Assembly: GCA_000320545.1 (NCBI GenBank)
Contig: ADNK01002524.1
Span: 115,526 to 179,525, forward strand
From: Bigelowiella natans CCMP2755
Taxonomy: Eukaryota > Protista > Cercozoa
Length of the DNA stretch: 64,000 bases
Direction: 5' to 3'
Made by a program: the position numbers and the translations under genes. Below the pieces are notes generated by a model. It searched no databases. It was not told where the DNA came from and was given only the letters and a program-made list of their open reading frames with translations. Shown here piece after piece: positions 52,525-64,000 of the stretch. Numbering within the stretch: position 1 is the first letter of the stretch; each line of letters begins with the position of its first letter.

Positions 52525-54702
52525 TATATAAAAATATATTTTATAGAATAAATATGTGTATACGGGAGATTTATCGAGAAACGACTTCAATAGCGAAATG
52601 GAAATGCCGTGAAAAAACTAAGACACGAAATCGCTTTACTCCCATGAGTACGTTAAGCACAAATAGAGGATATAGACGATAGGTACTACCAACAGAGGAA
52701 TTAACTCGAGAAAAGGGGGGGAAGAGGGGAATGCGGGGAAAGGAAGGGGGGGGGGGGGGACGAGCGATAGATGACGCTATGCTATTCAAATCCATTACTT
52801 GATTGCTTCTGAAACAACCCGATCTGATGGCAGAAGTTTCCGTCAAACAGAGTGAATCTCGGCTGGTCGCCATTCCTCCCATCGTTGGTGCCGTTGACCG
52901 TCCTCCCCCACAGCGCCACGCCGCTCATCCCCAGCGAGTAGAACTCGTTGCGGGTGATGCTCGTGTTGCGATTGTAGCCCGAGAGGAACACCGCGTGGGA
53001 ATCCATCTTCGTGAATAGGTTCCCGCTGATTTCGACGCCTTTCGTGCCGTCGAGGTAGATGGCGCCGAGGCGCTGCAGAGCCCAATCCCCCCCCGAAGGC
53101 ACGCCGTGAGCTTCCATGTAGGTAGGCCTCGTCGCCCTGAACTCGATGTTCTTGATGGAAATCTCTTCCGCGGGGGCGTCCATGTCGCCGCGGATCTCGA
53201 TCATCTGCGCGGCGGTGGGCACGACGATCTCAGCCGGGGGGGTGGGGGGAGACGGCGCGGCTGGCGAGGACGAGCCGTTGTAGTAGAAGTGCAGCTGGCC
53301 GGTGGCGGCGTCAAAGAAGAACTCGTTTGGGGCATCGAGCTCCTCCAGCACGTTGTCCACGTACCACTCCCAGGCGGTTTCGGAGCCCTCCCCCCCCTGG
53401 TGGCCCCCCTTGGAGAAGACGAATTCGTCGGAGTTGGTGTGCGGCGCGTAGCCCGAGAAGGCCTCGTCCTGGTCCATCGGGTTCCAGAACTCCACGGCGG
53501 AGGCGTAGCACTGCCCGCGCCACGCCTCATCCGCAAACTGCGTCGAGTGCCATGTGAAAACGACGAAGGCCGTCGCGCTGTCGTTGACCGCCTTCCAGCA
53601 GCCGTCCATGGAGTCGAACTCCCCGAGGTAGGTGACCGTGTCCGTGGAGGCCTTCGGCGCGGGGACCAGGCCGGCGACGTTGTTGGCGTTGTCGGCGATC
53701 GTCCACGTGTCGACGCGCGCGCCGGGGTTGACGGCCCCGACCTCAAACATCCAGGAGAACCAGTGCCCCGAGCGCCACGTGTGGATCTCCGCGCCCACGA
53801 CGCTTCCGGCGGCGTACTTGGGGTAGTTGGGCAGGTTCTTTGAGCCGATGATGCTGCTCGGGGAGCGCGCGTGCATCTCGGGGAGCTGCCTCGCGGTGTA
53901 GAAGTCCTTCGAGCACCACGGGCTCTGCGGGGGGTCGTAGCGCGAGCATGCGCCGCCATAGCCCATCGTATAGTTCTGGAACATCCCGTGCCAGGAATCG
54001 TCCACCGGAATGGTGCTCGTTTCGCTGGGGCCGCAGAAGTCGTTCGGGTCGCACTCCTTCCCCTCGTAGACGGGCATGCCCCACTGCGTGGCGTCTTTGC
54101 TGACCCAGCCCTGCGGGAAGAGGTCGGTCTCGGGATTGGCGTTCGGGTAGCGCGCGCGTGTCGCACGGCGGCCGGCGACTTGCAGCGCCTTGATGCCGTT
54201 TGGGAGCGACGCGAGCTGCTCGTCGCTCAGCTGAGCGACGAAGATGCCATCCTTGTCGCCTCGAGGGGCCCATTGAACTGTGAGGGGTACTCCGCCGCTG
54301 ATGACAGCGTTGTCCTCTCCCTCGATGGAGAGGCCGGAGTCTTGCGAGGTCAGCACTACCGGTGTTAAGACGTGGTGAGTACCTGCGAGAAGAACGATGC
54401 GCTGTATGCCGAATGCGCGATGCATATCGACGGCCTTTGCAAGTGTTTTCAGAGGGCTGTCGCGGCTCCCCTTCCCGTCGTCATCGCCATTGACAGGGTC
54501 AACGAAGAGCGCGGCCTTGTCATCTTCCGCGTACGGGATTGGTGCAGTCATGCGAGCCATCTCTCTTTTGTCGGAAGGGAAGGTTTCATTGCAAAGGGCG
54601 GAGAGCTCCAGCGCATCCCAGAGTGCACGCAGCTTTGCGGTGTCCTTCGTGGATGAGGGGGGTAGGGTTGAATATTGAGCTTATCGAAGAGCTCCCACTC
54701 TT

Positions 54703-54750
<48 letters not shown>

Positions 54751-54768
54751 TACACACATTATATATTA

Positions 54769-54816
<48 letters not shown>

Positions 54817-54950
54817 GTATATTTGTGCATGTATCCGCTCTTGGTGGATTGTAAGTTAAATTTAGATACATTCTTTATCCAGGGCTGCACGGTTTGCGCA
54901 TGGTCGAAAGTCACCGAGCGCCACCCGCAGTCAAGTTCGGGCTCGACACT
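50430..54950 (-). CDS. Right-handed parallel beta-helix (pectin-lyase-like) domain protein; ends approximate
   Basis: ORF 52782..54560: LFVDPVNGDDDGKGSRDSPLKTLAKA, RIVLLAGTH, VISGG, RARYPN, GAIYLDGTKGVEISGNLFTKMDSHAVFLSGYNRNTSITRNEF. Downstream exons: CYFQAVSAQNTITRNVCFNLPRAAVNFNDG / FGGGNEMAANVLFNTCRESSDHGAFNSWDRLPY / MHHNLIVSNYAADGGCFDNDDG / SSYYEMHHNFCVFGGHKGDFDGHSK. Confidence 0.85.
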
Positions 54951-56147
54951 GTGAGAAGGAGATTGTAAGTTGTAGAAGAAGCTATAAGCTATCAAACGAT
55001 ACAAAAGACTAGACTTAAATCTCTAACAGCTTGGAAAAAACATATAATGACGCGCTTTGACCCTGCGAAGGCTCATGCTGTGCGTATAATACAGCCTCTC
55101 CTTTTTATAAAAATGAAACTTCTGAAGCTACTGCTAGCGGTTGTGATTTTATCAACATCAATTGCTCCGCTGCCTACCCAAGTGGCCGTGAAGAAGAGAT
55201 CTTTTCCATCAACGTCGCACCAGTGCTGCGGTTAAGGGAGAAGAACTAATGAGACCAGCTTAAGCGTGAAATCACAAGTTGATTCAAAGAGTTATGAAGG
55301 AACGTTGGAGAGGAGGGCTAAAAACTTTTCGAAGGAACACCTTAGCGTCAGCAAGTTTGCGAGAGATGCCACCAGACATAGTGGACTGAGACGACCTGCA
55401 AACGAGTGTGCACGCGGTTCTCTTCAGGATTTTAAAGGTTTACTATAGAGCTCTCTCTCGATTGATTCGCCAACTACGTCGAGGCTTACACGGACACAAA
55501 TATTTCGAAATTCACATTCGTGCTATCCCCCACGTACAGCGACAAGGGGTTGGGGGGAGGGATGAGGAAATGGCATCGAACCCATCAGCGCCATCCTAAT
55601 GAGCGCTTTGGCTGGGAAATGTGGCAGGCCTGAACCTGTGACAAGGCATGATCTCCTCCTGCGACAATCATATTTCCCTGTCGTTCTACAAAAATGTGGT
55701 TATTCGCAAATACCTTAAAAAATAACGGCCTGGAGTACTAGTACCCTGAATGATATATGAGGAAAAGGCCTTCTATTTATCCATCTGCGACATTTATTTA
55801 TGGAAATATTCCATCAATGTAGATTTTAAGATACAGTGTCTCAGAATTATATGTCACCATTGATAAAATGTACGTTAGTTTGTAATCATTTTCTCTTATT
55901 TTCATTATCGCATACGGAAACATTCTGTTTTTCTTTGTCGGAAGAAATACATTTGGATCTGAGACCCAATTCATGAAGCTCCCAACTCTGTCTCGGAAGA
56001 TGTTTCCAAATCGATAGCACGGAAGACTTGAGTCTATGCACATAGAGTAGGACAGTTCCTCAGATGAAATGTTGGCCAGTTAGGAGCAATATGCTTTCTG
56101 ATTGCTGCATTTCCTGGATCTGAATAGCCAATGGAAACAAGCAGATA

Positions 56148-57740
56148 ATGAAGCAAGAAGATCGAGACAGTAGCCCACACAACCACGAGAGGAAAAAGGA
56201 GCAGACATTACATATGAAGAGACCTTCTGAACCAATGAAATTCTCCCTCAAGTATAACCCGACAACGCTTAAGGCTATGGAATATAGGATTCTCTCGTGT
56301 GCTCGTCCGCATATGCGGGCTTTCCATCTTGCTTGGTCCTCATTTCTGGTTGCATTTATAGCTTGGTTCTCCTTTGCACCGTTGGGTCCAGCAATAAAGG
56401 AAACGCTAGGTCTTACAAAAAAGGACCTTCTATGGGCTAATATCGCCTCGGTGTTGCCAACTCTCTTTGCAAGGTTTGCAGTGGGACCTGTTATGGATCA
56501 CATAGGGCCGAGAAAAAGTCAGGCTTTTATCCTTATGTTCGCTGCGATTCCAACATTTTTTGCGGGATTGATCCAGGGCATCGTGGGTCTTTGTATTATT
56601 CGCGGTCTCGTAGGGGTTGCTGGAGCAGCTTTCGTCGGATGCCAGTTTTGGTGTACTTTGATGTTCGAGAAGGAGATTGCCGGAACAGTCAACGCCACAG
56701 CAGGAGGGTGGGGCAATCTGGGCGGAGGGCTCACACAGGCACTCATGGTTGGTATCTTTGCCATGAACACATCTTCACCAAGTTGTGACCAGGAATGCGG
56801 GTGGCGCAATGCCTTTTTCATTCCTGCATTTGCACTGGTACTCTTTTCTGTGTCGATATTGCTTCTCGCGGACGATTGTCCCCAGGGAGGGTATGTACCC
56901 CCAGTCCAAACTATGACTACATCATCCATCATAATGGAACACGAGGAGCAGGATAATATTCAACCTGGCAAAGGCCAAAGAAAGAAAAAGCGCCAAACAG
57001 CACATATTAGCGATGTTGTGAGGAATTCCCAAGTCTGGGCTCTCGCCCTTCAGTATGCATGCAGCTTTGGAATAGAACTACATGTGAATAATACGATTGC
57101 ATTTTACTATTGGGATCGGTTTGGGTTAGCAATTACCGCAGCAGGACTTATAGCGTCGCTATTCGGTTTAACAAATCTCTTCGCACGTGCATGGGGTGGG
57201 ATGATATCTGACTTTTGTTATCGGCACTGGGGACTGATAGGACGCAAATATAGCCTTGTTTGTCTCACATGCTCCCAAGGTGTTCTTCTTATCGTATTTT
57301 CAAGAATGACTACTCTAGAAGCATCCATCGGCTTGATGGTGATATTCTCGATATTTGTTCAAGGAACTGAAGGATCTACTTTCGGGATCGTGCCGTACGT
57401 AGACCCACTCAATAATGGCGGGGTGTGCGGCTTCGTCAGTGCCGGCGGTAACATTGGAGCTGTGGTGTGGGGGTTAATGTTCCTTTTGACCTCAAGTTAC
57501 AGCGACGGTTACATGATTTTAGGGATCATCGTGCTCTTCACCGGTCTTCTGGGCATCCTTACCATTAGAATATATGATACATCACATAGCGGAAAGAAAG
57601 GCTTTCATGGAAATGATGTAAGTAACAATAACTATGATGGAGCGAACAGCTTACCGGAGATAGAAGAACGGAATAAGTGCTCTACATTAGAATTAACCAG
57701 TATTTCTATGGACCACAAGAATGGCGGCGTCCCGAGATAA
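56148..57740 (+). CDS. NRT2: High-affinity nitrate transporter (NRT2 / nitrate-nitrite porter family), intronless
   Basis: 530-aa single ORF with ARPHMRAFHLAWSSFLVAFIAWFS, GPVMDHIGPRK, the NNP signature AGTVNATAGGWGNLGGG, FGLTNLFARAWGGMISD and GSTFGIVPYV. Confidence 0.95.
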   Translation: MKQEDRDSSPHNHERKKEQTLHMKRPSEPMKFSLKYNPTTLKAMEYRILSCARPHMRAFHLAWSSFLVAFIAWFSFAPLGPAIKETLGLTKKDLLWANIASVLPTLFARFAVGPVMDHIGPRKSQAFILMFAAIPTFFAGLIQGIVGLCIIRGLVGVAGAAFVGCQFWCTLMFEKEIAGTVNATAGGWGNLGGGLTQALMVGIFAMNTSSPSCDQECGWRNAFFIPAFALVLFSVSILLLADDCPQGGYVPPVQTMTTSSIIMEHEEQDNIQPGKGQRKKKRQTAHISDVVRNSQVWALALQYACSFGIELHVNNTIAFYYWDRFGLAITAAGLIASLFGLTNLFARAWGGMISDFCYRHWGLIGRKYSLVCLTCSQGVLLIVFSRMTTLEASIGLMVIFSIFVQGTEGSTFGIVPYVDPLNNGGVCGFVSAGGNIGAVVWGLMFLLTSSYSDGYMILGIIVLFTGLLGILTIRIYDTSHSGKKGFHGNDVSNNNYDGANSLPEIEERNKCSTLELTSISMDHKNGGVPR

Positions 57741-57937
57741 AAGTTTTTGTTGTGTTTGGCACAGCAAGAAGCTCCACATATAATGCACAGACAATAGACA
57801 CGGAACAATAGCAGAGACTCCCTGTCCTCCACTAAAACGCATCGTGCCATAAAGCAATAGCATTGCAATGAATATTCTGTACTGAATCGGAAATTATGGC
57901 TTACACGTTACTTGTATTACAACAAAGTTTGTCACGC

Positions 57938-57955
57938 AAAAAAAAAAAAAAAAAA
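57938..57955 (+). repeat. A18 tract about 200 nt downstream of the NRT2 stop
   Basis: Seen directly: gtcacgc(A)18gatgt. Confidence 0.9.
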
Positions 57956-57959
57956 GATG

Positions 57960-58830
57960 TGCGAGCGAAACAGATGAATTGAGTAGCCAAGACACACCAT
58001 GTGCTAACCCCCCCTCCCCCCGGCCCCCCTCTCCCAAATGGCATGCACACACAAAAATTTGTAAATTGGATCATGGTATGAGTGCATCGCCAGTTTAGCA
58101 GTCTAGCAGTGCTCTCGGATTTGTTCTGAAACGTCGTGCAGCTAGCGCATCGTTTGATCGCACATTGTCATGTTGAAAGCAACTTCCACTTGACAGAGTC
58201 TCCTCTCAGGCTCATAGTTTTTTTTTCCATTTGTCGCCACAGCTTGCTGCTAGCTGGACAGTGTTGTTGCTAGGTTGGCTCAGAGCGAACGGCGGGATGC
58301 AAAATGCGCTGGTGCGTGATGGCGTGTGCGTGCCAATTGATTTTGCAATGCCGGCTGCTCGTCGCAAAACAGCGTGACCGTGTCTAGTGTGTCTTTCATC
58401 GACGAATTCTTGTCCCTGCGTCAACTCTCAATTATGTGGCTTGCTGAACTTGCAATCATGCACGCTGGCATGTGAGAGCGCTAGCTAGCTAGCTAGAGCA
58501 TGCGCGCACACACCTAGACATTTGACCACAATGAAAGTCTAAATCATTCTGATTTTGAACATGCGAAAGCATTTGTTGTAGCACCAGCTAGCCAGTTAAA
58601 CCAAAGCCTGCCTGCTAGCATGGCAAATCCTCATTCGGACATTCCGATCATCTGCATATGTTTGTGTGGCATCAACCGGCCTCGTCATCACCTTGGCGCT
58701 TCCCATCAAACACGGTTCCGCATGATTCAACTTGGCAATTCGACGGTGGTGCAGGATAATGCATGCATGTTGGTTTGTTGGAACGGCACACGCAATGCAG
58801 CCAGTTGAGCATTTTTGTTTAATTTTGCGA
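57960..58830. other. TpA-depleted island F
   Basis: TA is scarce outside CTAG. Contains gctagctagctagctagag at ~58480 and GCCAGTTTAGCAGTCTAGCAGTGCT at 58089. Confidence 0.7.
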
Positions 58831-58949
58831 AAGTAATTAATCACTCATTCATCATCAATTCTTCTACCAATTCCTCACAGCTCATTACGCGCAGGGGTAC
58901 TTTTGCCGGATTTTTAAACGAATTAATGGAGGTTTGAGCTTGACTAGAA

Positions 58950-59069
58950 ACGCCGTCAGGCGTGGTATGTTCTCTTGAGACGGCCTTTGCCGCGTTGTGC
59001 AGGGTTTCTGTATCCCATCCTTAGCACCGACAAATTAACACACACACACACACACACACACATAGAGGT

Positions 59070-59114
<45 letters not shown>

Positions 59115-59135
59115 GAGGTAGACACACACACACAC

Positions 59136-59177
<42 letters not shown>

Positions 59178-59181
59178 GCAA

Positions 59182-59212
<31 letters not shown>

Positions 59213-59534
59213 TTCTCTCAGAAAATAAAGTGACATATTAAGTTTTTAATATATGCTGTGCTCGTTTCTCTCCATTATATATAGTATATATATATATATA
59301 TATATATATACTATAATGAGGAAACATAACACGTGTCCGTGCACGCGCGCGTGTGGTGTATGCATGTGTGTGTGGGGGGAAGGGGGGGGGTGTATAAGAT
59401 ATTGGTGTTGCGAAGAAAGCTTGTTTGTCGATCATTCGTGCATAAAATATCGTAGGACGACCGCACGCTGAAGCCCATAGATGATCCGAATCAAGTTTCC
59501 CCTAAACATCACAATCGACATAAGACACACAAAT

Positions 59535-59581
<47 letters not shown>

Positions 59582-60033
59582 CTTACAACTGCAGATGATT
59601 CGGTAATAACTATATGCGGTATGTTAGGCCGAAAAAGATCCGCGTTATACCGCAGGGTAATACGGCGGGTAGTAATACCAAGCAAATCTTCCAATTCTCT
59701 GGTATTTCGATCTCGACTGCATTCTCCTCTGGTTGGACAACGCTCACTGTCGCCGTACATCCTACTTAAAGATAATTATTTACACTTTTTGTCTATATCA
59801 TTACGCAAAGCATATCGTTGTCTGTGCGTGCGTGTGTTTGTGTGCGTGTTCGCGTGTTGGCGTGTGTTTGCGCCTTTGTGCGGCCAACGTGTCCATGGGT
59901 CACCCGCAATGCTCGACGAATCGTCTACATTTGGAGAACACGAAGAAGCGTGAAACGGGTCTTGGCTGCTGCCCTCGAAATACTCCCGCAACGTAGTTTT
60001 CCCTTTCCTTTCATTTGTCGTACGTAAGCTGGA

Positions 60034-60067
<34 letters not shown>

Positions 60068-60083
60068 GTGAGGGACCAAGGGA

Positions 60084-60128
<45 letters not shown>

Positions 60129-60409
60129 CCGACGGCACACGCCGCATGCACCAATGACAATAACCTCGTAAACGGATGAATATCTACTAACTTATGCTCA
60201 GAACACAACCCTTCTTCTTGCTCCGTGCAAGGCTCGTTAGCGACGTCCTGATCACAAAAAATGGTATTGCGACGATGACAAACATTAGCAGCACCACGAA
60301 TTAGCATATGACTCGCCTTCGCGCATTAAACTTGGTTTATATCAGCAAAAGTGGAGGGGGAGAGGAAGATAGTGCGAGAGGGGTTAAACGCCACATTTGG
60401 CTTGAAATA

Positions 60410-60441
<32 letters not shown>

Positions 60442-61002
60442 AGAGAAAGATAGCGAGAAAGGACATGAGGGAGAAAGAGAAAGAGAAAAAGAGAGAGACG
60501 GAGAGAGAGAGATTTACATCCCAGAAGGGTGATATCGTCCTCATCATCATCATTCCTACCACGTGCACGTTGTTCATGCCGAATTTGATTCCGACCCCCA
60601 GCGCCTTTACAACGGCCTATTTTTCGTTCCAACACAGATGACACACAGACAACGTATAACAACAACAGCAACAAGCTTTGTAATCACCTACTTGAATCAT
60701 TCCCTTCTCTCTCCCCCCCCCCCCTCACCCCCCCTGTCTCTCTCTCTCTCTCTCTCGCTCTCTCTCGCTCTCTCTCTCTTTCACGCATACACACACTCTT
60801 TCAAGTGCTTCTATCCCGAAATACATCATTATGCGTATTGTAACGCATCTGCAAGTATCTTTTAGTAATATCTCGAAATCCACACCTCTTTTACAGCCCA
60901 CCGCCGCATCAACCGGATGCGCCGAAGGGCCTCGGATTCCACTGACTTCACCTTTCACAATGCACACAAGGAATTGAGCGGCCCGTTATCGAGAGAGAGA
61001 AA

Positions 61003-61038
<36 letters not shown>

Positions 61039-61434
61039 AGGAGGAGAAGAAAGACTAATTGACAAAAAATAAAAATGGAAACGAATATTTGCTCATAAAA
61101 CCGCATTACTACAGCCTTTGAGTAGTGTTGCGTATTCTATGGCTTTGATGGCTCGAAAACGATGAAAAACTTCACTTCGTTCAGCACTACTACTTTCTCA
61201 GAGTCTTTTGTAACGGCTGCCATAAACTAGAGGGCCTTGGTGTATGCGCGCGCGCTCTTGTCGTACTGCGTCTCAATTCTCCCCCCCCTCCCCTTCAAAA
61301 GATGATGGGGTTTGCTGCCTATACCTGCTTCCACTCATGATCGGTAAAGACGCGTGGGAGCCTCTCCAGCCTTGTTTCTGCTCATCGTCAGTATTTTATG
61401 TCAAAGTCAGAATCTAGTGCTGGTCAGTATATAT

Positions 61435-61469
<35 letters not shown>

Positions 61470-61790
61470 CAGCATGCATACGCATAAAAATGCAAACCGT
61501 TTCTCTATCCCTCACCCTCTCTTTCCCCCCCCCCCTCTCTCTCTCTCCCTCCCTCTCTTTCACCACACGTTTAAAATGGGTGATTATCATATAAATATAT
61601 TACGTGGGTTGATACATTCATACAATATTATATATATATATAAATATATATATATACATATTTCTTCTTCGTGAGAGTGTGCGTGTGTAAGAGTTGATAT
61701 GGTACTTCTAGTCGTTTGAATGATATCACATCCCACATGGCCTCCAGATCTATGAGGAAACCAACCAGAAAGGGCGCAGCAAGATTCATA

Positions 61791-61845
<55 letters not shown>

Positions 61846-62412
61846 AACACACACACACAAACACACACACACAAACACACACAAACACACACACGCACAT
61901 ACACACACACACACACAAAGACAAACACAAACCGCGAAACCAACCACAGCATGGTGCCTTAGAATCTTGCTCTAAACAAGTCACATAGCACACCTCCAAC
62001 CCTCCAACACACACTTGCCAAAAATAAAACAGAATAAAACAAAACATCGAGCCGCGGAGAGAGCACATATTCCAATCGCGCTACTACCTAGAAGCCTCCA
62101 TCACAACCCACATCCCATCATGCGCCACGCTGAACTATTAATTCGCACCAGCAATAATACAACGGGGGGGGCAGCAGCACAAAGTCAAAAAAAAGCGAAT
62201 TTATCGGTAAATGGAGGGATTAACCGTTACTGACGGTACAAGGCATTAGAGTGAAAAGAGAGGTAAATAACGACGTTAATAATGACGTTCGCATGTTCCC
62301 CTCCACTACCTACGAGAGCCTTGTAGCTATCATAGACTAATATTACCTGCAGGTCTTTTGGGGCGCCAACGATGAATGGCCGGCCTATAAAGCACAAACA
62401 CAAACACACAAA

Positions 62413-62446
<34 letters not shown>

Positions 62447-62609
62447 AACAGCCATTGAATAAACATGCTAACTATCAGCTCTCTAGCTGCCACCAGCATC
62501 ACTGCTTAACATGGAATGGAGATGAAATGGATAAGCTGGAGGCTGTGAATACAAACACGTACACAAAACACACGCGTACATAATATAATATACATGAATA
62601 TAGATATAT

Positions 62610-62677
<68 letters not shown>

Positions 62678-63550
62678 ATTTATATATGTAATGTATTAAC
62701 GAATTCATTCACTGATATAAGCAGAGACACGTATCCACGCCGCATACACGATTAGAAGGTAAAGCGGAGAAGTTGCCCAATAAACGCCGCCGGTAAGAGA
62801 GAACAGCACAACACAGCCGCACGCACGCACGCACGCACGCACGCGATTTCGCAAAACAATGAGCAGCAAACACACCGGAAGGAAGTCGCTTGACCATAGC
62901 TACTGGATGTTCTCCTCGTGGTATCTTTCCTTCAGGCACCCTATCGCTGTCAAAGGCTGAGTTGTCTTGACCTTCTCCCGGAGGAGGCGAAAATAGCATT
63001 CTCCCAAGTTTGCTATTACCAGCAGCGAGCAGCAGGAGCAGGAGGGGGGAGGAGGGTGATGAGCGTTGTTGTGGAACATAGTGACGCTTAAGGATTAAAA
63101 GGCCGACTGATACCTAATGAGCAGCTGCCCTGTTAGCCGATCCCGTGCATCCTCGAAGAAGCGCTGTGATACAACCTGATATTCGTTAAGAAGGAAAGCA
63201 GAAGGCGCATATTGGGGAAGGGGGAATGCGGGAAAGATCTCCTATGAGAAGCTTCGAGGTCTGTCGCTACTCTTCAATCATGGTAAAGCTCTCGAAAAGC
63301 GGTAAGTGTGTGTTTGTGTGTGTATGCGTAAAGCGCGCATTCAACTAATTTTGTAGCTAGCAGATAGTGACCTTCTCGCGCTCATCTTGGGAAATAAGTG
63401 AGAGGGCTTCGTTCCATTGGGTTAAAGAGGGTTTCCAGCAGCCGGACTTGACCTGTGTGTTGTTGCTGCTGAGGATGGATCTTCTCGTACCAGGTGAGTG
63501 TGATCTTTCGTCGCACGTGTTTACACCGAAACGGGATTGAAAGCTGTTAA
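58950..63550 (-). CDS. Unidentified multi-exon gene (probable)
   Basis: Short open segments between microsatellite-filled introns, with minus-strand GT donors (cttac/ctcac on +), e.g. ELEDLLGITTRRITLRYNADLFRPNIPHIVITESSAV (~59585-59700). No domain recognised. Confidence 0.35.
59288..59627 (+). repeat. Direct repeat, copy 1 (copy 2 at ~63660-64000, running off the window end)
   Basis: The sequence from ctataatgagg (59311 / 63684) to ggtatgttag is identical by eye; offset 4373 nt; homology begins inside a (TA)n run. Confidence 0.9.
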
Positions 63551-63609
63551 GCTTGTACAGTCGCCATTCAGCGCTAGTACGCGACGAGGCGGTTTATGTA
63601 CAAGAGCCC

Positions 63610-63659
<50 letters not shown>

Positions 63660-63684
<25 letters not shown>

Positions 63685-63907
63685 TATAATGAGGAAACAT
63701 AACACGTGTCCGTGCACGCGCGCGTGTGGTGTATGCATGTGTGTGTGGGGGGAAGGGGGGGGGTGTATAAGATATTGGTGTTGCGAAGAAAGCTTGTTTG
63801 TCGATCATTCGTGCATAAAATATCGTAGGACGACCGCACGCTGAAGCCCATAGATGATCCGAATCAAGTTTCCCCTAAACATCACAATCGACATAAGACA
63901 CACAAAT

Positions 63908-63954
<47 letters not shown>

Positions 63955-64000
63955 CTTACAACTGCAGATGATTCGGTAATAACTATATGCGGTATGTTAG
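63660..64000 (+). repeat. Direct repeat, copy 2 of 59288-59627
   Basis: Identical by eye apart from the length of the upstream (TA)n run. Confidence 0.9.

Larger units (their letters stand above)
1..64000. repeat. Dispersed intronic microsatellites (TA)n, (CA/TG)n, (GA/TC)n
   Basis: Many runs, e.g. 277-306, 1335-1363, 7130-7160, 32610-32700, 37495-37575, 61790-61915, 63615-63683. (TA)n runs are absent from all TpA-depleted islands. Confidence 0.95.

Noticed and set aside
52803-54368. Long + strand and alternate-frame ORFs (e.g. 53106..53843, 53201..54166)
   Set aside because: These are shadow ORFs of the GC-rich beta-helix exon, with low-complexity R/A/P/G translations.
1-64000. ORFs containing IYIYIY, THTHTH, SLSLSL, CVCVCV or ERERER runs
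   Set aside because: They are translations through intronic microsatellites, not genes.
1-64000. tRNA, rRNA or telomeric repeats
   Set aside because: None was recognised by eye. A tRNAscan/Infernal run was not possible.

Overview
Eukaryotic, intron-rich nuclear DNA from a probably photosynthetic protist. It has GT-AG introns packed with (TA)n/(CA)n/(GA)n microsatellites and a nitrate transporter; a chlorarachniophyte-like origin is a guess, not established. Genes read by hand-splicing: a multi-EF-hand protein (+), a PLOD-type glycosyltransferase domain gene (-), a long minus-strand locus with RhoGEF DH-PH exons at its 5' end and cNMP-binding plus RGS exons at its 3' end, an MFS sugar porter (+), an NLR-like SAM-CHAT-STAND-TPR locus (+, internally duplicated, with a premature stop), a parallel beta-helix protein (-) with an abnormally GC-rich core exon, an intronless NRT2 (+), and an unidentified minus-strand gene. 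The main observation is six islands (about 11 kb in total) in which TpA is almost absent except inside CTAG. In the duplicated NB-ARC exon and the 132-bp TPR repeats, the ancestral state can be reconstructed as TA, converted independently to TG or CA. This is A>G on either strand at TpA, the mirror image of fungal RIP, with an edge falling within ~15 bp inside a repeat array. It is either a region-targeted adenine hypermutation process or a symmetric TpA base modification miscalled by long-read sequencing; comparing short reads with the assembly would decide which. All counts are by hand; no database searches were run.
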